A stretch of DNA of 64,000 nucleotides from Candidatus Versatilivorator sp. (GTDB lineage Bacteria; Acidobacteriota; Terriglobia; Versatilivoradales; Versatilivoraceae): NCBI GenBank assembly GCA_965207735.1, contig OZ242296.1, positions 2,496,001 to 2,560,000 of the forward strand, written 5' to 3'. The notes below the pieces were generated by a model. The model had not been told where the DNA came from and searched no databases. It saw only the letters and a program-made list of their open reading frames with translations. Position 1 is the first letter of the stretch. Each line of letters opens with the position of its first letter. The position numbers and the translations under genes were made by a program. Shown piece after piece: positions 17,976 through 26,103 of the stretch.

Positions 17976-19643
17976 ATGAGACGAAGACGGTTTCTTAAGA
18001 CAGCCGCCGGCAGCCTGTTGGCCGGCCCTTGGCTGGGAGGCTTGACCTCGGCCTTCCTGAGTCCGGGCTGGAGCCAACCGATTCCCGAAGCTCGAAAAGG
18101 ACGCCGCATGCTGTCCAACCACGACGGCGCCATCATGGGAAGCGATCCTCCGCTCACCGCCGAGCACTTCCGCCAGGTAGTCAGAAGCTATCAGGGGACG
18201 CCGGTGGACACCATCTGCTTCTGTCTGGGCGACCGTGAGGTCTACCACTACGAGACCGAAGTCGCCGAGGTGATCGGCCGCCGGCACGGAACCTTCAAGA
18301 GCGACTGGGACTGGCGCGTCTATGAAAATACCAGGCGGCTCATCGAATCGGGCAAGGGCCCCCTGGCGACCTTTGCCGAGGTGTGCCGGGAGGAAGGCAT
18401 GGGCCTGTTCGGCTCTTTCCGAATGAACAGCCACTACGGAGTGGATCCAGCCTCCCCCCACCACAGCGAGTTTCGGCTCAAACACCCCCAATGGCTGATC
18501 GGGCACCCCGCCGGCTATTCCAAGGAGAGCAAGGAATTCGGAATCCGGATGGGCTTGAACTACGCCATCCCGGAAGTTCGCGAGCACATGGCGGCCACCA
18601 TCGTGGAGGTCTTCACCCGATTTCAGGTGGACGGCGTGGAACTGGATTTCATGCGGCACCCGGCCTTTTTCAAGCTGCACGAGGCGGTGGAGAATCACCA
18701 CCACATGACCGACATGCTGCGGCACATCAAACGCCGCCGGGACCAGGTCAGCCGTGAGACCGGCCGGAAGATCGAACTCGCGATGCGGGTTCCGCCGACC
18801 TTCCCCGATGCCCTGCGGGTGGGCCTGGACGTGCGCACCTGGATCCGGGAGGGCCTGGTGGACCTTCTCATCGCGGGAGGGGGTTTCATTCCCTTCGACA
18901 TGCCCTTCGAATCGTTCGTGGAGGCGGCCCGCGGCACCGACTGCCAAGTGTTGGGCGGACTGGAACTGCTCCGTTTCATGACCGGACCCACTCCCGACCT
19001 GGACATCAATCGAGCCATCGCCATGCGCTTCTGGCAGGGCGGGGCCGACGGACTGCAACTGTTCAACTACTTCGCCCAGGAAACGGATTGGAAGCGGCAG
19101 TTGTTCCAGGAAATCGGCGACCCTGAGCGGCTGGCGACGCTGGACAAACGCTATCAGATGGACAAGCGACGCTGGTTCCCCGGCGGATGGAACAACCACG
19201 GCGCCGCCTTTTCATCGGCGGTGCCGGCGGTGCAGCTCCCGGTAGACCTCACCGAGACGCCGTCCGCAGGCGGCCCCCGCCTGCGATTCAGGATTTCCGA
19301 TGACCTGGAATCGGCCACACGCAAGGGCATCCTGGACAGCGTCAAACTTCGGCTCCTGTTCGAGAACCGCACTCTCGAGGACCAGGTGGAGGTCCATCTC
19401 AACGGGGAACGCCTGCCCGACAAGCATCCTGGAACCTTCGATCTGGTCTCCTACTGGAACAGGACTCGCGGTCCCTACCAGGGAGAGTATCTGACGGGGA
19501 CTCTGGAATACGACGTCGCCTGCCCGCCCCTGAAACAGGGAATCAATGTCATCCAGGTTCGACTGGTCAAACGAACCCCCAACCTGACCTCGCCCCTGAG
19601 ACTGGGCCTGGTGGAGGCGTCGGTTCATTACAAGTCCGGTTGA
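17976..19643 (+). CDS. Tat-exported GHL10-like protein, paralog 4
   Basis: MRRRRFLK Tat motif, SNHDG, SFRMN, DGVELDFMRHP, GLDVRTWIREGLVD, WQGGADGLQLFNY. Confidence 0.78.
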   Translation: MRRRRFLKTAAGSLLAGPWLGGLTSAFLSPGWSQPIPEARKGRRMLSNHDGAIMGSDPPLTAEHFRQVVRSYQGTPVDTICFCLGDREVYHYETEVAEVIGRRHGTFKSDWDWRVYENTRRLIESGKGPLATFAEVCREEGMGLFGSFRMNSHYGVDPASPHHSEFRLKHPQWLIGHPAGYSKESKEFGIRMGLNYAIPEVREHMAATIVEVFTRFQVDGVELDFMRHPAFFKLHEAVENHHHMTDMLRHIKRRRDQVSRETGRKIELAMRVPPTFPDALRVGLDVRTWIREGLVDLLIAGGGFIPFDMPFESFVEAARGTDCQVLGGLELLRFMTGPTPDLDINRAIAMRFWQGGADGLQLFNYFAQETDWKRQLFQEIGDPERLATLDKRYQMDKRRWFPGGWNNHGAAFSSAVPAVQLPVDLTETPSAGGPRLRFRISDDLESATRKGILDSVKLRLLFENRTLEDQVEVHLNGERLPDKHPGTFDLVSYWNRTRGPYQGEYLTGTLEYDVACPPLKQGINVIQVRLVKRTPNLTSPLRLGLVEASVHYKSG

Positions 19644-19670
19644 TCGCCCTTCCGGGTTCAAGGGGAGTAG

Positions 19671-19779
19671 GGGACGTTGTTGAATTACTGGAATAACCGG
19701 GATCGGCTATTCCTGAATTCCTGATATTCGACAACGTCCCCTAACCGCACAAGTTATTCCAGTAATTCAACAACGTCCC
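19671..19779. repeat. REP-like palindromic element (perfect 27 bp inverted repeat)
   Basis: GGGACGTTGTTGAATTACTGGAATAAC (19671-19697) / GTTATTCCAGTAATTCAACAACGTCCC (19753-19779), plus a third partial arm ACAACGTCCCC near 19731-19741. Confidence 0.85.
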
Positions 19780-19805
19780 TTGGTGTCACTTTCTCAGGAG
19801 GCGTC

Positions 19806-21185
19806 ATGGCTCTCGTTCACCGGCGCCGTTTTCTTCGTCAGACCGGGTTGGCCGCGGCCGGCCTGCCCTTCTGGTCGTCGTCGCTGTTTTCGCAGTTGGC
19901 CCGCAAGATCAGGATCACCGAGATCGAAGCCCACGAGATCCTCCCCCCCTACCACGACTACCATGCCGAATGGCTGTTTCGCTACCAGGGGCTGAACAGC
20001 CGGTTGCGGACCGTCTACATCGTCAAGACCGATGCAGGCATCGAGGGCTACGGGGAGAATTGGGGATCTCCATGGAGCGACTTCGAGGACTATCTGGGCA
20101 CCACTCCCTTCGACTGGATCAACGATCCTCGGAATCTGCCGATGAACATGGCAGTCTACGACCTGATGGGCAAGGCGTTGGGACTGCCCGCCTGGAAACT
20201 GATTGGGCCTCGGGTGCGGTCCTGGATCCCCATCGCCGCCTGGACGATGTCGCAACCTCCCCGGCAAATGGCGGAAGAAGTCAGGCAACTGTCGAAACGC
20301 GGTTATCGCTGGATGAAATACCACGTGGACGTCCTGCAGAACGTGGTCGATCAGACTGCCGCCATGCAGGAGGCGGCGCCCCGTGGATTTCGCGTCCACT
20401 ACGACTTCAACGAGGATTCCAATTTCGAAGCTGTCTATCCCGTCCTGAAGGAATTGGAACGATTTCCCATTGCAGGGCGGATCGAAGATCCCATCCGATC
20501 CATCGACCAGGACGGCTACCGGCTGCTACGAGAAAAGTGTGCCATTCCGATCCTGATTCACCACGGCCCGGCCGACGTCTTCATGCTCAAGGGGCTTTCC
20601 GACGGGTTCATGTCCAGCCATGCGGGCATCGGCTCAGCCAGGAAGCTGGCGGCCATGGCGGAAAGCACCAACACTCCCTTCCTGTTGCAGATGGCCGGCG
20701 GCACCATCAACCAGGCCTTCCTGGCGCATCAAGCGTCCGTCTTTCCCATGGCTACCCTGGCCCATATAGACCTGTGCAACGTCTGGGCGGAAGACGTGAC
20801 CGTCGAAGCCATGCCGGTGGTGGGCGGCAGCGTGGCGGTTCCGAAGGGACCCGGTCTCGGGGTGCGCATAGACCGGAAAAAGCTGGAGCGGCTGGCCCAA
20901 GCGCCTCGACCCAAACAGACGCGCTTCCTGGTCAGGGTACGCTACCGTCCGGGACCGCACCTCTATTTCCGTTACGACCCCGATGCCGAGGGCGCTAACA
21001 TCAAGTTCCTGAGTCCGCCGGGATTCGGGCGGCGGTACTCCGGACACGGTCCCCACGTGCCGGGACCGGTCCCGGGCTATGCCAATCCGGTGGAGACCGA
21101 CTTCTGGGATGAAGTGGGCACGGTGGAGTTCGAACGGATGTGGAAACGGACCGAAGCCGGCCCCTTCTGGACGGGGGGGGCATGA
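19806..21185 (+). CDS. Tat-exported enolase superfamily enzyme, paralog 2
   Basis: HRRRFLR Tat motif. Highly similar over its full length to 16558-17937. Confidence 0.88.
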   Translation: MALVHRRRFLRQTGLAAAGLPFWSSSLFSQLARKIRITEIEAHEILPPYHDYHAEWLFRYQGLNSRLRTVYIVKTDAGIEGYGENWGSPWSDFEDYLGTTPFDWINDPRNLPMNMAVYDLMGKALGLPAWKLIGPRVRSWIPIAAWTMSQPPRQMAEEVRQLSKRGYRWMKYHVDVLQNVVDQTAAMQEAAPRGFRVHYDFNEDSNFEAVYPVLKELERFPIAGRIEDPIRSIDQDGYRLLREKCAIPILIHHGPADVFMLKGLSDGFMSSHAGIGSARKLAAMAESTNTPFLLQMAGGTINQAFLAHQASVFPMATLAHIDLCNVWAEDVTVEAMPVVGGSVAVPKGPGLGVRIDRKKLERLAQAPRPKQTRFLVRVRYRPGPHLYFRYDPDAEGANIKFLSPPGFGRRYSGHGPHVPGPVPGYANPVETDFWDEVGTVEFERMWKRTEAGPFWTGGA

Positions 21186-21285
21186 GAGGTGGTGGTTAGA
21201 ACCATTTCTCACCAGACTGCCAACCCTCACTCTCGAGGCGCCGCGCTTGCCCCCCTCCGGATCGACTGCGGGCGGGCCCCCTCGC

Positions 21286-21950
21286 GACGCCGAGTTTGCC
21301 CCCCTCCGGATCGACTGCGGGCTTCGCCCTTGTCTCTCCGACTCCCCCTCAAGGGGGGAGTGATACTTGAGGCTTGCAGGGGGCACCTTGCCTGATTCCC
21401 GGGCAGGATGTAAACCATGTTCCCGGTCTAACGTATAAACTCCGTTCCCTCTTCATAACACGGGTATCACTCCCCCCTTGAGGGGGAGTCGCAGAAGTCG
21501 AGCCGAATGGCGAAGGCTGATGCGGTGGGGGGTTCGCACAAGGCGAGCCAAGGGCGAGATCTTGTGCGCCGTAGCGGTAACCGCCGGCGTGCGTCGGCTG
21601 CGGCGGGGGGTGGACGCCGGCGCAGCTTTGGGGCAACGCGTGCCGTTGGAGCAGGTCCGTCTCGCTTTGTGGCTCTGTGAGTGCCGCTGGTCGGCTCTTA
21701 CGGGACGCCGAGTTTGCCCCCCTCCGAATCGACTGCGGGCGGAGCCCTTGTCTCTCCGACTGCCCCTCAAGGGGGGAGTGATACTTGAGGCTTGCATGGA
21801 GCGCCTTGCCCGATTCCCGGGCAGGATGTAAACCATGTTCCCGGTCTACCGCATAAACTCCGTTCCCTCTTCATAACACGGGTATCACTCCCCCCTTGAG
21901 GGGGAGTCGCAGAAGCCGAGCCGAATGGCGAAGGCTGATGCGGTGGGGGG
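21286..21950. repeat. Two copies of a ~247 bp palindromic (REP/BIME-like) unit, period 418 bp
   Basis: Copies at 21286-21532 and 21704-21950. Copy 1 has the 28 bp inverted repeat CGACTCCCCCTCAAGGGGGGAGTGATAC (21339-21366) / 21464-21491. Lies between convergent genes. Confidence 0.9.
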
Positions 21951-21980
21951 CCAACGCCAGGCTGGCTCGAGAGCCGCTGG

Positions 21981-23228
21981 TCAGAACCGTCCCAGACGCA
22001 GGGGTTCCAAGGGCAGGGAGAGCGGTTCCCCGCAGATCATTTCGGCCATAAGCTTGCCGCTGATGGGGCCGTGGGTATATCCCAGCATGGCATGGCCGGT
22101 GGAGAGGTAGACGTGAGGATGGCGGGGAAGCCGGTCGATGATGGGCAGCCCGTCCGGCGTGCAGGGACGCAAGCCGCACCAGCGCTCCACGTTGGTGGGG
22201 TTTTCGGCCCCCGAGAGCACCTCCAGAGCTCCCCTCTGGATGGCCTCGGTGCGGGTCGGGTTCAAGCTCAGATCGATCCCGGCAAACTCCATGGTTCCCG
22301 CAAACCGCAGGCGATTGCCGATGGGAGTCACTCCGACTTTTCTTTCCGCGTGGATGAAGGGAATCTTCGGGCTCAGCGCCGGCCGGTCCATGGTCAGGCT
22401 GTACCCCTTTCCAGCCTGAACCGGAACCCTGACTCCCAGCTCGCGGGCCAGCATGGGTGTCCAGGACCCCATGGCCAGGACGATTTCCCGGGCGCGAAAG
22501 TCTCCCCGGTCGGTTCGGACTCCGGCAGGCCGGCCTCCCTCCAGCAACCAGCCTGTCACCTCGGTTCCGGTTCTGACGTCCACCCCGTGCTTTCCCAGGG
22601 CTTCTCCCAGGCTTGTCACGAATCGATAGGAGTCGCCATGGCCGTCCTCGGCGGAATAAAGAGCCCCCACCACACTCCGATTGAGCGCAGGCTCCAGTTC
22701 CCGGGCCTGGTCCCCCGACAGAACCGTGAGATCCAGGTCGTGCCTGGCCATGATCTCGGCCTCCTCTCTCCCCTCGTCCATTCCGGCCGCCGTGGTGTAT
22801 ACGCTCATGAGTCCCCGCTGCTCGAAGTCGAAGCTCAGGTCTTCCGAGGCGGCCAACTCCGTAAACAGGAGCAGGCTGGCGCGACCCAGGTCCCTCAAAA
22901 CGGGAATGGCTCGCTCCATGGGCCGGTGGCGGCAGAAGACGGCGAACTGCAGCAGCCAGGAAAAGAGCCGCCAGTCCACCCGGGGCCGAATCAGCAGGGG
23001 GCTGTCTTCCTTGAGCATCCACTTCAGGGACTTGCCGACGACTCCCGGCGCCGGCACCGGCATGGCATGGCTGGGCACGATCATGCAGGCGTTGCCGTAG
23101 GAGCAACCGGAACAGATCTCGCCCTTCTCGATCAAGGTGACCCGGCAGCCCTTCCGGGCCAGGTAGTAGGCCGTGCAGACGCCTACCGACCCACCGCCAA
23201 TCACGAGAACATCCGATTTTTCCGCCAT
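21981..23228 (-). CDS. FAD-dependent D-amino acid dehydrogenase-like oxidoreductase (DAO family)
   Basis: VIGGGSVG, SYGNA, GKGYS, GLRPCTPDGLPII and TGHAMLGYTHGP motifs. Confidence 0.9.
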   Translation of the reverse strand: MAEKSDVLVIGGGSVGVCTAYYLARKGCRVTLIEKGEICSGCSYGNACMIVPSHAMPVPAPGVVGKSLKWMLKEDSPLLIRPRVDWRLFSWLLQFAVFCRHRPMERAIPVLRDLGRASLLLFTELAASEDLSFDFEQRGLMSVYTTAAGMDEGREEAEIMARHDLDLTVLSGDQARELEPALNRSVVGALYSAEDGHGDSYRFVTSLGEALGKHGVDVRTGTEVTGWLLEGGRPAGVRTDRGDFRAREIVLAMGSWTPMLARELGVRVPVQAGKGYSLTMDRPALSPKIPFIHAERKVGVTPIGNRLRFAGTMEFAGIDLSLNPTRTEAIQRGALEVLSGAENPTNVERWCGLRPCTPDGLPIIDRLPRHPHVYLSTGHAMLGYTHGPISGKLMAEMICGEPLSLPLEPLRLGRF

Positions 23229-23288
23229 CGCCTCGACCTGACTGGAAACCTGGACTGAAACAGGAACAACGGGAATGAACTGCGCTAG

Positions 23289-24868
23289 GAGTCTGCGCCG
23301 CAGGACGATTTCGGAAAGTTCAAGAGCGAGAGGCTACTGCGCAAGGCCGGTTCCAAGGAGTGCTTGGGAGCCACTTGGGCGTTGATAGAGTCTCAAGCGT
23401 CCTGTGGGCTCCCACAATGGGCGGTTGAGGACCTCCGTGGCCCTGGGTATTGGGTGGAAATCCCTTGCTTCAGGCCGCCATCAACGCACTCATCCTCTTG
23501 ATGTTGAGGGCCAGACACACCAAGTCCCACTCCCCCTGCACTGATTGCAAGCCCCGCAGACTGAACCGTCGGAATCCCAGCCCCTCCTTGATCCACCCAT
23601 GAGGGGCTTCGGCAATCCACTTCCTCCGCCGATACTCCACCTGACCGGCTAGGCTGGCCAGCTTCTTCCTCATACGACTCTTGGCCGGATGCTTCCTGGG
23701 ATCGATCTCTACCGCCCGCTTCCCCTCGCGCCCCAGCGCAACATAACCGTCCACTCCTCTCTCTTCCAGGGCCTGCAAGTCCTCCTCATTGCAGTAGCCC
23801 GCATCCGCCAGCACCTGTTTCGGTATCTCCTGGAAGCTCTCCTCCACCTCCTCCAGCAACTCCATCATCTGCCCCTGATCGCTCGCCTGCGCCGTTACCT
23901 CGGTGGCCACAATGATCTGGTGCTCTCCGTCCACCGCCACCTGCGCGTTGTAGCATTGCTGGAACCCCTCGGTGGAAGTCTTCATGATCCGGCTTTCCGG
24001 ATCGGTGAAATTACTCTGCGCCTTCTCCTCCGGTTCTCCGTAGGCCCGCTTGTAGGGCCGTCGTGCTTTCGGGTTGCGGTCCTGTCCCGGTTTGCGCCCC
24101 CGCTCCTCATCGGCCTCCCGCTGGGCCGCCTCCAGCCGCTGCTTGGCCGCCTCGATCGCCGCCAGCCGGTCCTCCCGCCGCCGCAACTCCTCGGGCAACT
24201 CATCCCCACGCCGGTCTTCCCCGTACCGCTCATCTTCCTCCCGGTCCTCCCGCCGCGCCTTCTTCAACAACTCATGGATCTCTGCCTTCAGTTGCCGCTC
24301 CCGCTCCTTCATCCGACCATAGCTCATCGCCTTGCGCCGGCTCGCGTTCGCCCGCACCTTCGTCCCGTCGATCCCCAATCGCCCCAACCCCACCATCCCC
24401 ATCTCCCGCGCCAAGCTCACCACCTGTACGAACAGCTGCTTGAAGTCCTTCAAATGCCGGCGGCGAAACTCGCACAACGTCCGATGCTGCGGAAAGTTCC
24501 CCGCCGCCAGCATCCGAAACGCCACGTCTTCCTCCAGCTTCCTCGCGATCTTGCGCGACGAGAACACCCCTGTCGCATAGGCGTAAATCAACACCTTCAC
24601 CATCATCCGCGGCTCGTAGGGCGAGTTGCGCCTCCCGTCCTCTTCATAGGGCCGGTAAAACGCTCTCAACTCCAGCCCATCCACCAACTCACTCACCTGA
24701 TGGGCCAAGTGCCCTTCCGGTACCCACTCCCCCAGGTCCGGCGGCAACATCAACAGTTGCTTCGGCTGATACGGGCGAAACCTTGTCCCCATCCACCACC
24801 TCCTATGATGTCTCTAAGCCCGTTATTGTATCATTCAGCCCTGCCCGGGTTTTCTGCGGCGCAGACTC
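23289..24868 (-). mobile_element. Complete IS1182-family element
   Basis: 15 bp TIRs GAGTCTGCGCCGCAG (23289-23303) / CTGCGGCGCAGACTC (24854-24868). TSD CTAG at 23285-23288 and 24869-24872. Confidence 0.93.
23470..24792 (-). CDS. IS1182 family transposase
   Basis: YEPRMMVKVLIYAYATGVFSSRKIA, IDGTKVRANAS, NFTDPESRIM, YNAQ, LADAGY and GFRRFSLRG motifs. Confidence 0.95.
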   Translation of the reverse strand: MGTRFRPYQPKQLLMLPPDLGEWVPEGHLAHQVSELVDGLELRAFYRPYEEDGRRNSPYEPRMMVKVLIYAYATGVFSSRKIARKLEEDVAFRMLAAGNFPQHRTLCEFRRRHLKDFKQLFVQVVSLAREMGMVGLGRLGIDGTKVRANASRRKAMSYGRMKERERQLKAEIHELLKKARREDREEDERYGEDRRGDELPEELRRREDRLAAIEAAKQRLEAAQREADEERGRKPGQDRNPKARRPYKRAYGEPEEKAQSNFTDPESRIMKTSTEGFQQCYNAQVAVDGEHQIIVATEVTAQASDQGQMMELLEEVEESFQEIPKQVLADAGYCNEEDLQALEERGVDGYVALGREGKRAVEIDPRKHPAKSRMRKKLASLAGQVEYRRRKWIAEAPHGWIKEGLGFRRFSLRGLQSVQGEWDLVCLALNIKRMSALMAA

Positions 24869-24872
24869 CTAG

Positions 24873-25984
24873 CCCGCATTTCTCACCAGGGGGCATGATC
24901 ATGGCGCAGGATTTTTCCCTTCAGGGCGTGCTCGCGACCGAAGAGCGTAGCGGTCACTACGCGCGAGGGAGCATGTGCGCGCTGAAGGGAAAAAGACAAG
25001 CCAGGGCATGCCCAGCGCTGTCTGTTACCCGCAAGCCCTTACCATGGAGCCAATCTAAGTACTGAAGATAAACTACTTTTCGGCATGGCACCAGCGACCT
25101 GGGTAGAGTCGAGGACTGGCGCGTTGACTATAGGGTCCGGTGGCTATTCCGTCGCTTTCGCTTCGGGCCTCAGTCCGGCTCCCTTATCACGTTTCCAGTC
25201 CCCGCTCTCCGAACCGGACGTGCGGTTTTCCCGCATCTCGGCTCTCCAGTGGGATCATGCGTCTCGCACACAGGTCCCCGCTCGCATCCGTGGACGACTC
25301 CTATGGGATTGGCACCCGTCCCCCACTCCATCCACTTCCGCTCCCGGGTTGCCGCCAGGCCTGTTGATGCCCTGACGACGCCGTCCTCCTCCGACGACCC
25401 TTTCACTTTTGCATGTGATGCTTCCGGAGTCTCCGGCCCTTTTTTGGTCGGGGTTTCAGGCTTTCGCCACTCCCGGGACCCTTCCCCCTTCGGTCACCGC
25501 TCCTCACCTGAGGCCCCTTCCCTCCACCGGTATTACCCGGCTTCTCCGGTACTACAGGCCTCTCCGCCACCCTGTCGGCCTAGACTGACTCTCGCGAGCT
25601 TCCGGTTCGGTGCGTGCCTCACCACCCACAGGGCTTCCCATGTTGCTGCCTTCTTCCCCTTCCATGCGTGCCAGCGCCACTACCCCGGCGGGTCCAAAGG
25701 GGTGCCCGCGTCGCTCGCTTCCCCCTCCGTCTTCGGCCTTCCCCATTTCTCAGGTGGGTCGGCCCCCGCATTGCCCGTTTCGAGGCCTGCTCGACGTTCA
25801 CTCGCGTTCCGGCCCGCATGCTCGCTGAACCGCCTTAAGCGGCCCTTTGACACCAGAGGGCTTCAGACCATATCGTTACCTCCATGATCCGCCCTGGCTG
25901 CTACCAACCGGAGCGACAGTTGTTGGACGGGTTTCGCACCCGTTGGAAGAAGGCGCCTTTCCATGGCGCACTGAGAAATGCGGG
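24873..25984. mobile_element. MITE (243 bp once the nested intron is removed) flanked by CTAG
   Basis: Left end CCCGCATTTCTCACCAGG (24873-24890). Right end reconstituted as CCTGG|TGAGAAATGCGGG across the intron. CTAG at 24869-24872 and 25985-25988. Internal TTCCCTTCAG/CTGAAGGGAA hairpin. Confidence 0.85.
25103..25971 (-). ncRNA. ORF-less group II intron (869 nt)
   Basis: 5' end GTGCG at 25971. 34 nt domain V GAGCCGAGATGCGGGAAAACCGCACGTCCGGTTC (25244-25211). Domain VI ends CTCGACTCTAC at 25103. EBS1-like TGAGAAATG (25752-25744) is complementary to the 5' exon CATTTCTCA. No RT ORF. Confidence 0.92.
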
Positions 25985-26103
25985 CTAGGGGTATTGCTCA
26001 GGGACTCGACTTCATACGCGGCAAGGCCCGGACGCACCGGGCGGAGGGCCACCCCCGGGCGCCAACTCGGAGGGCGATGCGAAAGGCGCGGGGGGACGGC
26101 GGA

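Noticed and set aside
8563-19199. Long antisense ORFs (8563-9831, 11497-13338, 13076-14884, 17823-19199 and similar)
   Set aside because: These are typical high-GC shadow frames opposite well-supported genes, with no recognisable motifs.
21286-21950. Small ORFs (MVYILPGN...) or a CRISPR-like array
   Set aside because: The ORFs are translations of palindromic repeats with no coding signature, and the repeat geometry is REP-like.
25170-25887. ORFs inside the group II intron as a maturase
   Set aside because: No RT motifs (no YADD). They are incidental frames across the ribozyme domains.
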